DNA of 51,303 nucleotides from Gemmatimonadales bacterium (GCA_035763205.1 DASUBP010000186.1:1-51303); one strand, 5' to 3'; positions 41,855-50,959 are shown, numbered from the stretch's first letter. The notes: generated from the sequence alone by a model not told the origin. Translations and numbers: made by a program.

Positions 41855-44662
41855 ATGCCAGCCCCTCCCGACCAAGTCGTCCTCCGCAACGTGCGCCAGC
41901 ACAATCTGAAGGGGATCACCGTCTCCCTGCCCCGGCGGGCCTTTACGGTCATTACCGGGCCCTCGGGGTCCGGGAAGAGCTCGCTGGCGTTCGACACCCT
42001 CTACGCCGAGGGACAGCGGCGCTACATCGAATCGCTGTCGTCCTATGCCAAGCAGTTTCTGGAGCGGATGCCGAAGCCCCTGCTGGACTCGCTCGAGGGG
42101 CTTTCACCGGCTGTCGCCATCGAGCAGAAGAACCCGACCACCTCGAGCCGCTCGACCGTCGGGACCGCCACGGAGATCTACGACTTCCTCCGCCTCATGT
42201 GGGCGCGGACCGGAACGACCTACTGCCGCAACTGCGGGAATGTGGTGAAAGCAGACACCGTTCAAGACGTGGTCGACGGTGTGGTCGGGAGCCGGGAGTC
42301 GGGAGTCGTCGACTCCGTGACGGTGGCATTTCCGCTGCCCGGAGCCGGAGATCGCGCAGACATCGAGATAGCCGCCCAGCTCCGGGCCGCGGGATTCGTG
42401 CGCGTCCAGCTCGACGGCGAAGTCACCCGGCTCGACACGGACGATGCCGAATCCCGGATCCGGGCGGCGAAGGAAGTGCTGATCCTCGTGGACCGGGTCA
42501 GCGCCAGCCCCGCGAACCGGGGCCGGCTGACCGACGCCGTGTCGACCGCGTTCGCGGAGGGCGATGGAGTCGCCCTGGTGCTTACCGACGGCGGCCACCG
42601 CCGCCGATTCTCGGAGCAGCCGGCCTGCTCCAATTGCGGGCGGCCGGCTCCGGTTCCGACGCCCAACCTGTTCTCGTTCAATAATCCCCGGGGTGCCTGT
42701 CCCGGGTGCAACGGGTTCGGCGCGGTCCTCAAGTACGACGAATCATTGATCATCCCCGACCAGCGGCTGTCCCTGGCTGAAGGCGCCCTCGACCCGTGGA
42801 CCAAGCCGCGGTACGAAGGGCGGCGCCGGATTCTGAGGGATGCCGCGAGGAACCGGGGCGTCTCCGTGGACACCCCCTGGCAAGAGATTCCGGCGGGGGA
42901 TCGGGAGTTCTTCCTGCACGGCACCAAGGGCCGCTTTGTGGGGATGTTTCCGTTCCTCGAGCGCCTCGAAGAAAAGCGGTACAAGCAGTACATCCGCGTC
43001 TTTCTGCGTCAGTACCAGCTTGCCAAGACTTGCCCCCAATGCGGCGGCGCGCGCCTCCAACCGGACGCGTTGGCCGTGAAAGTGGCCGGGAAGACGGTCG
43101 CTGAAGTCTCCGCCCTTACGGCGACGGCACTGACCACCTGGCTCAAGGAGCTCTCGCTCCCCGATTTCCAGCAAGCCATCGCGGAGCACATTCTCGGGGA
43201 GTTGGTCGCCCGGGTGCAGTTCGTGGTCGACGTGGGATTGGGATACCTGACGCTCGACCGCCAGACTCGAACGCTGTCGGGTGGCGAAGCCCAGCGGATC
43301 GCCCTGTCCAACGCCCTCGGTGCCCACCTGGTGGACACCACCTACGTGCTCGACGAACCCTCCATCGGGCTGCACCCCGGCGATACCGACCGCCTCCTCG
43401 GCCTCCTCCGCCGCCTGGCGGATGCCGGCAACACGGTCGTCGTGGTGGAACATGACCCGGCCGCCATGGCCGCCGCCGACTACATGGTCGAGCTCGGACC
43501 GGGGAGCGGCGAGAATGGCGGGCAGGTGGTCTACCAGGGCCCGGCGGCTCGCGTGCGCGAAGCGGGAACGCTCACCGGCCAGTACTTGTCCGGCGAAAAG
43601 CGGATCGGCGTTCCCTCGGCTCGCCGTCCCGCCGGTCCGCGATGGCTGACGGTCCGCGGCGCGCGGCTGCACAACCTCGAGGGCGTCGACGTGCGCATCC
43701 CCCTCGGCACGTTGACGGTCGTTACGGGTGTCTCCGGATCCGGGAAGTCCACGCTCGTCCATGACGTCATCTACCGGCAGCTCGAATCCCGCATCAAGGG
43801 TGGGCACAGCGCCAAGGAGCATCTGGGTGAGGTCGTGGGCGCCGTCTCGGGATTGGCGGGATGGGAGGGGATCGCCGACGTCGTGCTGGTCGACCAGAGT
43901 CCGATCGGCCGGACCCCCCGGTCCAATCCGGTCACGTACGTGAAAGCCTTCGATGAGCTGCGGGCGCTGTATGCGTCCACGCCGTTGGCCCGGGAACGGG
44001 GCTACACGCCGAGTACGTTCTCCTTCAACGTGGCGGGCGGCCGTTGCGAAGCGTGCGAAGGAGCCGGGCACGTGCAAATCGAAATGGTGTTTCTCGCCGA
44101 CGTGTTCGTCCCCTGCGAGATTTGCGGCGGCCGCCGGTACAAGCGCGAAATCCTCGACGTCAAAGTGGACGGGCGGTCGATTCACGAAACGCTCCAGCTC
44201 ACGGTCGACCAGGCTCTGTCCATCTTCCACCGCCAGGGGGGCCTGGCCCGGACGCTCTGGCACCTGCAGCAAGTGGGACTCGGGTATCTGCGCCTCGGGC
44301 AGCCGGCGACGACGTTGTCGGGGGGCGAGGCCCAGCGACTGAAGATCGCGCGGGAGCTCTCGTCCGCAGGCGGACGGTCCCGAAGAGGCCGGAAGTTCTA
44401 CATTTTGGACGAGCCGACCACCGGCCTGCATCTCGACGACGTCCGCACACTCTGCCGGGTGCTCGACCGTCTGGTGGACGCCGGGCATACCGTGCTGGTC
44501 ATTGAGCATCACCTGGATGTCATCAAGCGCGCCGACTGGGTAATCGACCTGGGACCCGGAGCCGGAGCGGACGGAGGACGTGTGGTAGCTGAAGGGGACC
44601 CGGAAGCGATCGCCCAAGCGCGCGGCTCCGTGACCGGGCGCTATCTGCGGGGCGGATCGTGA
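41855..44662 (+). CDS. uvrA: Excinuclease ABC subunit A
   Basis: Trimmed to ATG 41855. GPSGSGKSSLAFDTLYAEGQRRY; a second Walker A GVSGSGKSTLV; two LSGGE signatures; zinc-finger Cys pairs. 935 aa. Confidence 0.95.
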   Translation: MPAPPDQVVLRNVRQHNLKGITVSLPRRAFTVITGPSGSGKSSLAFDTLYAEGQRRYIESLSSYAKQFLERMPKPLLDSLEGLSPAVAIEQKNPTTSSRSTVGTATEIYDFLRLMWARTGTTYCRNCGNVVKADTVQDVVDGVVGSRESGVVDSVTVAFPLPGAGDRADIEIAAQLRAAGFVRVQLDGEVTRLDTDDAESRIRAAKEVLILVDRVSASPANRGRLTDAVSTAFAEGDGVALVLTDGGHRRRFSEQPACSNCGRPAPVPTPNLFSFNNPRGACPGCNGFGAVLKYDESLIIPDQRLSLAEGALDPWTKPRYEGRRRILRDAARNRGVSVDTPWQEIPAGDREFFLHGTKGRFVGMFPFLERLEEKRYKQYIRVFLRQYQLAKTCPQCGGARLQPDALAVKVAGKTVAEVSALTATALTTWLKELSLPDFQQAIAEHILGELVARVQFVVDVGLGYLTLDRQTRTLSGGEAQRIALSNALGAHLVDTTYVLDEPSIGLHPGDTDRLLGLLRRLADAGNTVVVVEHDPAAMAAADYMVELGPGSGENGGQVVYQGPAARVREAGTLTGQYLSGEKRIGVPSARRPAGPRWLTVRGARLHNLEGVDVRIPLGTLTVVTGVSGSGKSTLVHDVIYRQLESRIKGGHSAKEHLGEVVGAVSGLAGWEGIADVVLVDQSPIGRTPRSNPVTYVKAFDELRALYASTPLARERGYTPSTFSFNVAGGRCEACEGAGHVQIEMVFLADVFVPCEICGGRRYKREILDVKVDGRSIHETLQLTVDQALSIFHRQGGLARTLWHLQQVGLGYLRLGQPATTLSGGEAQRLKIARELSSAGGRSRRGRKFYILDEPTTGLHLDDVRTLCRVLDRLVDAGHTVLVIEHHLDVIKRADWVIDLGPGAGADGGRVVAEGDPEAIAQARGSVTGRYLRGGS

Positions 44663-45531
44663 CCAGACGCCAGGCCGATCTGCTGCTGGTCTTCACCTGC
44701 GCCATCTGGGGGCTTTCGTTCCCGACGGTGAAGGTCGCGCTCGCAGACGCGTCGCCACTCGCGTTCGTGGCCATCCGTTTCACGCTCGGCGCGCTGATTC
44801 TCCTCCCGGGCACCCGCCTTCGGCCCCTGCCTTCACGCGGCGAGTGGTTCGCCGGTCTCCTGCTGGGTGCACTCCTCGGCGTGGGGTTCGCGACCCAGGC
44901 GGTGGGGCTCGCGTACACGACCGCCTCACGCTCGGCATTCATCGTGGCGCTGTCGTCGGTGCTGGCGCCCCTGGTCGCGTTCGTCGCGGTCCGGGAGCGG
45001 CTCTCGTGGTGGACAGTGGCCGCGCTGGGGCTGGCCACCGCCGGGATCTACTTCCTCACCGACCCGGGCGCCGGCGGATTGAATCGAGGGGACTGGTGGA
45101 CGCTGATCACCGCCCTCGTCTTCGGGGCGCAAATCGTGGCCGTGCACGAACTGGGTCTTCGCTTCGACATCCGGCGATTGGTATTCATCGAGATCGTCGT
45201 CGTGGCCGTCGGTGTCGGCGTGGCCGCGCCCCTGCTGGAACCGGTGCGGTTCGCCGTCGCCACGCAGTCCCTACTCGCGTTGGCGTACTGCGGGGTGGCG
45301 GCTACCGCGGTGGCGTTGCTCCTGCAGATGCGGGCGCAGAAGGACCTGTCCTCGGGGCGGGCCGCCCTGCTCTTCTGTACGGAACCCGTGTTCGCGAGCC
45401 TGGCGAGCTGGCTCTGGCTGGGGGAGCGGCTTTCACTGACGCAGTGGGTCGGGGGGGGCATGATTGTAGTCGGGATGTTGGTCGCGGAGCCGAAAGAAGC
45501 CGTCAGCCATCAGCCGTCAGCCGTCAGTTGA
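44659..45531 (+). CDS. EamA/DMT-family transporter
   Basis: GTGA overlap with the uvrA stop. Ten TM segments in two EamA repeats (IWGLSFPTVK...). Confidence 0.85.
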   Translation: MTRRQADLLLVFTCAIWGLSFPTVKVALADASPLAFVAIRFTLGALILLPGTRLRPLPSRGEWFAGLLLGALLGVGFATQAVGLAYTTASRSAFIVALSSVLAPLVAFVAVRERLSWWTVAALGLATAGIYFLTDPGAGGLNRGDWWTLITALVFGAQIVAVHELGLRFDIRRLVFIEIVVVAVGVGVAAPLLEPVRFAVATQSLLALAYCGVAATAVALLLQMRAQKDLSSGRAALLFCTEPVFASLASWLWLGERLSLTQWVGGGMIVVGMLVAEPKEAVSHQPSAVS

Positions 45532-45600
45532 ACTCGCGCAGCCACCCGGTGATATTTCACGCCGTCTGCTGATAGCTGATGGCTGTCTGCTGACGGCTTT
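45493..45600. repeat. Heptad-repeat inverted repeat spanning the eamA 3-prime end and the tRNA-Asn upstream region
   Basis: Left arm AAGCCGTCAGCCATCAGCCGTCAGCCGTCAG. Right arm CTGCTGATAGCTGATGGCTGTCTGCTGACGGCTT. AAGCCGTCAGC pairs with GCTGACGGCTT, and CCATCAGC pairs with GCTGATGG. Confidence 0.7.
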
Positions 45601-45602
45601 AT

Positions 45603-45675
45603 TCCCGAGTAGCTCAGTCGGTAGAGCAGCCGGCTGTTAACCGGCGGGTCGGGGGTTCGAGTCCCTCCTCGGGAG
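45603..45675 (+). tRNA. tRNA-Asn (anticodon GTT)
   Basis: Manual cloverleaf. Acceptor TCCCGAG/CTCGGGA; D arm GCTC-AGTCGGTA-GAGC; anticodon stem GCCGG/CCGGC with loop CTGTTAA; T arm GGGGG-TTCGAGT-CCCTC; discriminator G. CCA is not encoded. Confidence 0.9.
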
Positions 45676-45688
45676 CTGTGCGACACCA

Positions 45689-45731
45689 GAACGGCCTCTC
45701 TGTCCTGATTTTCAAGGGCGGGAGGCCGTTC
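45689..45731 (+). other. 10-bp perfect inverted repeat with 23-nt loop downstream of tRNA-Asn
   Basis: GAACGGCCTC (45689-98) pairs with GAGGCCGTTC (45722-31). It lies between the tRNA 3-prime end and the kinase -35. Confidence 0.35.
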
Positions 45732-45735
45732 CCGC

Positions 45736-45764
45736 TGGACGGCTCCCGAACGGGGGCCTAGAAT
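45736..45764 (+). promoter_or_regulatory. Promoter of the hybrid kinase gene, probably giving a leaderless transcript
   Basis: -35 TGGACG (45736-41), 17-nt spacer, -10 TAGAAT (45759-64), 7 nt before ATG 45772. No SD. Confidence 0.55.
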
Positions 45765-45771
45765 CGACGAT

Positions 45772-48672
45772 ATGCCGCGCAAGCCGAAGGCGCGCCCCCC
45801 TCGCCCCCCTCATCCTCCCCACCCGCCCGCCCCACCGGAAGGGGACCTCCGGGAAGCGGTATCCATCCTGACCGCGACCCTCGAATCCACCGCCGATGGG
45901 ATCCTCGTCGTGAACCGGACGGGGGCGATCACCACATACAACCAGCGCTTCCTCGAGATGTGGCGCATTCCGCCGGCGGTCGCGCAGTCGCGGAATGACG
46001 ATCAGCTCATCGGGTTCGTGCTCGATCAACTGCAAGACCCGAACGTCTTCCTCGCAAAAGTGATGGAGCTCTACGGCCGCCCGGAGGCGGAGAGTCACGA
46101 CGCCATCCTCTTCAAGGATGGCCGGGTGTTCGACCGATTCTCGGTGCCTCAACGGGTCGGCACGAAGGTGATCGGCCGGGTCTGGAGCTTCCGGGACGTG
46201 TCGGAGGTCCGGCGGGCCACCGAGGAGCTGCGCCGGAACGAAGAACGGTTCCGGGCCCTGGTGGAGAACAGCTCCGACGTCATCCTGCTGCTGCGGCCCG
46301 ACGGAACCATCCACTTCTCCACCGCGGCGGCGTTCCCGATTCTCGGCTACGAGGCCGGGGAGAACATCGGAAAGTCGATCTTCGACCTGATCCATCCCGA
46401 GGACCTCCCCCGGGCGCGCGGGGTGTTCGGGGAGCTCATGCGCCGCCCCGGCTCCAAGGTGTACCTCGAGTGCCGGGCCCGCCGGAAGGACGGGGACTGG
46501 GGCAATCTCGAAGCGGTGGGCGTGAATCGGCTCGACGATCCATCGGTCGAGGCGATCATCGTCACCACGCGCGATATCTCGGATCGCAAACGCGCGGAAC
46601 GGGTCCAGCAAGCGACCTACCGCATCGCGGACGCGGCGTCGATCGAACGCTCCCTCGAAGACCTCCTCCGCGCCATTCACAGTATCGTCGGCGAGCTGAT
46701 GCCGGCGGACAACTTCTACGTGGCACTGCTCGAGCCTGACGGTGAAAGCGTCACGTTCCCCTATTTCGTCGACCGCTTCGACGCCCAGTTCGAACCCTTG
46801 CCCCTCGGGAGGAACCTGACGTCGTACGTCATCCGCTCCGGTCTCCCGCTCCTGGCGACGTCCGACGTATTCGAGGAAATGGTCGCGCGAGGCGATGTGG
46901 ACGAAGTGGGAGCGCCCTCCATCGACTGGCTCGGCGTCCCGCTCACCCTCGAGAACCGGACCATCGGCGTCGTAACGGTGCAGACGTACTCGGAGGGCGT
47001 CCGGCTCACGGAGGCGGACAAGGACATCCTGACCTTCGTGTCGGCGCAGATCGCCCGGGCCATCGAACGCCGGCGGGCGCAGGACGCGCTGCGGCAGGCC
47101 GAGGAGCGGTATCGCGCGTTCGTGACCCAGTCGACCGAAGCGATCTGGCGGGTGGAGCTCGACCACCCCATTCCGGTCGACCTCCCGGAGGAAGAGCAGG
47201 TCAACCGGCTCTATCGGGACGCCTACCTGGCCGAGTGCAACGAGGCGATGGTGCGCATGTATGGGTTCGAGAGCGTGGACCAGGCCATCGGCGCGCGCCT
47301 CGGCAACTTCATCATCCAGGAGCATGCGTGGAATCGGGAGACCTGGGGCACCTTCGTCCGTTCCGGCTACCGGCTGTCGGACATCGAGTCCTTCGAGCGG
47401 GACCGCTCAGGCGCCCACAAGATATTCCTGAATAACCGCATCGGCATCGTGGCTGGCGGCCATCTGCGCCGGATCTGGGGCACTCAGCGGGATGTGACCG
47501 CCCAGCACCACCTGGAAGACCAGCTCCGCCAGGCCCAGAAAATGGAAGCGGTGGGGCGGCTGGCCGGGGGCATCGCCCATGACTTCAACAATATCCTGAC
47601 CGCCATCCTGGGCACCTGCTCCCTGATGCAGCGGGACCTGCCCGCCGGATCGCGGTCCCGTGAGGACGTCGACGAAATCCAGCGCTCGGCCGCGAGGGCC
47701 GCGGGACTGACCCGGCAGCTCCTCGCGTATTCGCGGCGGCAGGTACTCCAGCCGGAGGTGCTGGACCTGAACGTCGTCGTCAGCGAGATGGACAAAATGC
47801 TGCAGCGGCTGATCGGCGAAGACGTGGAGCTCGTGACCATTCTGGGGGAGGACCTCGGGCGGGTCATGGCCGACCCAGGCCAGATCGAGCAGGTGCTGCT
47901 GAACCTCGCCGTGAACGCTCGGGACGCCATGCCCCAGGGAGGCCGGCTCACGATCCGCACGGCCAACCGGAGGGACACCCCCGTTCCCGGGGCCTCCGGC
48001 CAACCGGTGTCGCGCGTGATGCTGGCGATCACCGACACCGGCATTGGAATGGATGACCGAGTCCGTTCACACCTGTTCGAACCGTTCTTCACCACCAAAG
48101 AGGTCGGCAAGGGAACGGGGCTGGGGTTGGCCACGGTATACGGAATCGTGCGACAGAGTGGCGGGTCCATCTCGGTCGAGTCGGCGCCCGGAAAGGGCAG
48201 CACCTTCTCCGTCTTTCTCCCACGGGTCGAGGACGCCAGTTTCCGGCGGGCCTCCTTGCCGGCGGCGATTCCGGCGGACTCCGGTGAGAAGCACGCGCCC
48301 TCTGCACACATCCTCCTGGCGGAGGACGAGCCACGGGTCCGGCTGCTGACCCAGCGGGTACTGGAGGCTCGTGGCTACCGGGTGCTGGCTGCGACCGACG
48401 GGCAGGTCGCCCTGGAGCTCGCCTCGGACCCTGCCCTGAAGCTCGACCTGCTCGTCACCGACGTGGTCATGCCCGGCATGAGCGGCCCCGACCTGGCCCG
48501 CCGTCTGCGGGAGTCGCGCCCCGGACTGCCCGTCGTGTATATGTCGGGGTACGCGGACCAGGGCCTGGCCCACGAAGCCGCCGCCACGGGTGGCGCCTTT
48601 CTCTCCAAGCCCTTCGAAACGGAGACGCTGGAGCGGCTGGTGCAATCCGCATTGGAACGACGGGCCCAATAG
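45772..48672 (+). CDS. Hybrid sensor histidine kinase (PAS-PAS-GAF-PAS-HisKA-HATPase-REC)
   Basis: H-box GGIAHDFNNILT, N-box LLNLAVNARDAM, G-boxes DTGIGM and GTGLGL. C-terminal receiver with LLVTDVVMPGMSG. Confidence 0.92.
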   Translation: MPRKPKARPPRPPHPPHPPAPPEGDLREAVSILTATLESTADGILVVNRTGAITTYNQRFLEMWRIPPAVAQSRNDDQLIGFVLDQLQDPNVFLAKVMELYGRPEAESHDAILFKDGRVFDRFSVPQRVGTKVIGRVWSFRDVSEVRRATEELRRNEERFRALVENSSDVILLLRPDGTIHFSTAAAFPILGYEAGENIGKSIFDLIHPEDLPRARGVFGELMRRPGSKVYLECRARRKDGDWGNLEAVGVNRLDDPSVEAIIVTTRDISDRKRAERVQQATYRIADAASIERSLEDLLRAIHSIVGELMPADNFYVALLEPDGESVTFPYFVDRFDAQFEPLPLGRNLTSYVIRSGLPLLATSDVFEEMVARGDVDEVGAPSIDWLGVPLTLENRTIGVVTVQTYSEGVRLTEADKDILTFVSAQIARAIERRRAQDALRQAEERYRAFVTQSTEAIWRVELDHPIPVDLPEEEQVNRLYRDAYLAECNEAMVRMYGFESVDQAIGARLGNFIIQEHAWNRETWGTFVRSGYRLSDIESFERDRSGAHKIFLNNRIGIVAGGHLRRIWGTQRDVTAQHHLEDQLRQAQKMEAVGRLAGGIAHDFNNILTAILGTCSLMQRDLPAGSRSREDVDEIQRSAARAAGLTRQLLAYSRRQVLQPEVLDLNVVVSEMDKMLQRLIGEDVELVTILGEDLGRVMADPGQIEQVLLNLAVNARDAMPQGGRLTIRTANRRDTPVPGASGQPVSRVMLAITDTGIGMDDRVRSHLFEPFFTTKEVGKGTGLGLATVYGIVRQSGGSISVESAPGKGSTFSVFLPRVEDASFRRASLPAAIPADSGEKHAPSAHILLAEDEPRVRLLTQRVLEARGYRVLAATDGQVALELASDPALKLDLLVTDVVMPGMSGPDLARRLRESRPGLPVVYMSGYADQGLAHEAAATGGAFLSKPFETETLERLVQSALERRAQ

Positions 48673-48690
48673 ACCGGAGCGACCAGGGAC

Positions 48691-49248
48691 GTGCAAATCC
48701 TCATCGTCGAAGACGAGTCTGTCACCCGGGAAGTCCTCAAGCGGCTGCTCCTGGCCGCGGGCCACGAAGTTACCGACGCGGCGGACGGGGCCGAAGCCTG
48801 GGAACTCCTGCAGTCTATCCGGATCCCGGTGGTCATTTCCGACTGGGAGATGCCGCAGATGGAGGGCCTGGATCTGTGCCGGAAGATCCGAAACCGGTCG
48901 GGAGAGTACACCTATTTCATCATGCTGACGGCGAAAAGCGGGCGGGCGGAGTACCTCGAAGCGATGGATGGGGGCGTAGACGACTTCCTCGCCAAGCCGC
49001 TCGACGCCGTCGACCTGCAGTGCCGGCTTCGGGTCGCTGAGCGTATCCTCGGCCTTCGGAGGGAAGTGCAGCAACTGGAGGGTCTGCTTCCGATTTGCAG
49101 TTACTGCAAACGGATTCGGGATGAGATGAACCGCTGGACATCGATCGAGACCTACATCGAACAGCGTTCCCGGGCGGAATTCAGCCACGGCATTTGCCCG
49201 GATTGCTACAAGAAACACGTCGAGCCGGTACTGAATCCAGGTCAATAA
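48691..49248 (+). CDS. Response-regulator receiver protein with C-terminal CxxC-N28-CxxC module
   Basis: GTG start. Receiver motifs ILIVEDE, VVISDWEMPQMEG, MLTA, KP. The tail is LLPICSYCKRIRDEMNRWTSIETYIEQRSRAEFSHGICPDCYKK. Confidence 0.88.
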   Translation: MQILIVEDESVTREVLKRLLLAAGHEVTDAADGAEAWELLQSIRIPVVISDWEMPQMEGLDLCRKIRNRSGEYTYFIMLTAKSGRAEYLEAMDGGVDDFLAKPLDAVDLQCRLRVAERILGLRREVQQLEGLLPICSYCKRIRDEMNRWTSIETYIEQRSRAEFSHGICPDCYKKHVEPVLNPGQ

Positions 49249-49445
49249 ATGCCGTAGATACACCGAAAAAACTAGCAATTATCTGACGAAATCGGCGATT
49301 GCGTGCTCACTTTTTCATATAACTCATTATTGAACATATTATTATGGTAGCGCAATACCTGTCCAGTAGTGATATACCGTTGTAACGTAACGAGTTGACA
49401 AATGAACTCGGGGCGCCAAGGCCCCCTGCCGCTAGATTTCCGACA

Positions 49446-50498
49446 ATGCCACTCCCCCCTATCGCTGGCCACGAAGCGCTGCGGGCGCGCTTCGCCGATG
49501 CAATCCGGGCCGGCCGTCTCCCACAGACTCTGTTGTTCGAGGGCCCCAGGGGGGTCGGGAAGCAGCGCTTGGCGTTGTGGCTGGCCCAGACGCTTCTCTG
49601 CGAAACGGCGTCTGCGCCATGCGGAAAATGCGCGTCGTGCCGGCAAGTCGAAAACCTGAGCCACCCGGATCTGCACTGGTTCGTCCCGGTTGAGCTCACG
49701 AAAAAAGGCGCCGACGCGGACAAGCAGATCGACCTCGTCGAAGAGGCGATCGGCGAGGTGTTGGCCGAGCGTCGTGAAGAGCCGTTCTACGCGCCCCCGG
49801 CGGGACTGGCGGCGCACAGCATGGCGTCGGCGCGCCTGATGCTCAGGCGTCTCGCACTGAAGCCGGCCCAGGGTTCACGGGCTGTCTTCATCCTGGGCGA
49901 TGCGGAGCGCCTGGCGGCGCAGAAGGGTCAGGACGGAGCGGCAAACGCGGTGCTCAAGGCACTCGAGGAGCCGCCGCCGACAGCCTTCATCATCCTGACG
50001 ACGAGTGAACCCGACGCGCTCTTGCCGACGATTCTCTCCCGGACGGTTCGGGTAAGGGTAGGCAGGTTGCCAGACAGTGTTGTGACATCATTCGTACAGC
50101 AACACATGGTGTCACGCCTAGGGGACGCCGCAAGCGTCGCGCGGCGGGTACAGGGTGCCGAGGGAGCGATTGGCAGGCTAGTTGCGACCGAGGGAAGCGA
50201 GGGGAGCGGGGCCGCCGCAGCGGACCGACTCCTGCAAGCCATACGGGGTGGAACGGCCGCGCGGTATGGAGCGGCGCTGACGCAGCCCCCGTTCCAGGCG
50301 CGCGGAGCATTCACCTCGATGCTCGATGCGCTCCTCGAACGCCTCCGGGACGAAGCCCGTGAGGGTGGCGACACGAGCAAAGTGATGGCGGCGATGACAC
50401 GGGTGCTCGAAGCGCGGGAGCTGGCCCAGGGCAATGTGAATCCTCAGCTCCTGACGGCCGTCTTGACTGAGGACCTGGCCGGTGGAGGGCGATCGTGA
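49446..50498 (+). CDS. holB: DNA polymerase III delta-prime subunit
   Basis: Trimmed to ATG 49446 ([13 protein letters not shown]...). AAA+-like [11 protein letters not shown] and the zinc module [20 protein letters not shown]. Confidence 0.8.
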   Translation: MPLPPIAGHEALRARFADAIRAGRLPQTLLFEGPRGVGKQRLALWLAQTLLCETASAPCGKCASCRQVENLSHPDLHWFVPVELTKKGADADKQIDLVEEAIGEVLAERREEPFYAPPAGLAAHSMASARLMLRRLALKPAQGSRAVFILGDAERLAAQKGQDGAANAVLKALEEPPPTAFIILTTSEPDALLPTILSRTVRVRVGRLPDSVVTSFVQQHMVSRLGDAASVARRVQGAEGAIGRLVATEGSEGSGAAAADRLLQAIRGGTAARYGAALTQPPFQARGAFTSMLDALLERLRDEAREGGDTSKVMAAMTRVLEARELAQGNVNPQLLTAVLTEDLAGGGRS

Positions 50499-50959
50499 AG
50501 CTCTCGCACCTGGATCAGGAAGGCCGCGCCCGCATGGTGGACGTCAGCGGGAAGCCCGCGACGGCCCGCAGTGCGGTGGCGGAAGGCCGCATCCGGATGT
50601 CGGAGGAGGCGTTCGGGCTGGTCCGGGACCAGGCGGTGGCGAAGGGCGACGTCCTCGGCGTCGCGCAGGTGGCGGGGACGATGGCGGCCAAGCGGACGGC
50701 CGAGTTGATCCCGCTCTGCCACCCGCTGGCACTCGACCACATCGCCGTCGAGGCGACGCTGGACGAGGCGCTACCGGGAGTACAGGTCCGGGCGTCGGCC
50801 CGGATGGTGGGCCGGACCGGGGTGGAAATGGAAGTCCTGACGGCCGTGAGCGTCGCGCTCCTGACCGTCTATGACATGGTGAAGGCGGTGGACCGGCATA
50901 TGGCAATCGGGCCGGTGCACTTGGTTGAGAAGCATGGCGGGACCTCCGCCGAAGCTTGA
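50495..50959 (+). CDS. moaC: Cyclic pyranopterin monophosphate synthase MoaC
   Basis: GTGA overlap with the holB stop. [45 protein letters not shown]. Confidence 0.93.
   Translation: MKLSHLDQEGRARMVDVSGKPATARSAVAEGRIRMSEEAFGLVRDQAVAKGDVLGVAQVAGTMAAKRTAELIPLCHPLALDHIAVEATLDEALPGVQVRASARMVGRTGVEMEVLTAVSVALLTVYDMVKAVDRHMAIGPVHLVEKHGGTSAEA

Noticed and set aside
49395-49400. Perfect TTGACA read as the -35 of the holB promoter.
   Set aside because: No -10-like hexamer lies 16-19 nt downstream (aaggcc/aggccc). The good -10 candidate TAGATT is 32 nt away, too far to pair with it.
45603-49445. A genomic island integrated at tRNA-Asn.
   Set aside because: There is no integrase, excisionase or mobility gene. 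Composition downstream matches the rest of the window until the short AT-rich spacer at 49249. The only repeat of the tRNA 3-prime end is a 10-mer (cctcgggagc at 23402-23411) inside the GGDEF gene, which is compatible with chance.
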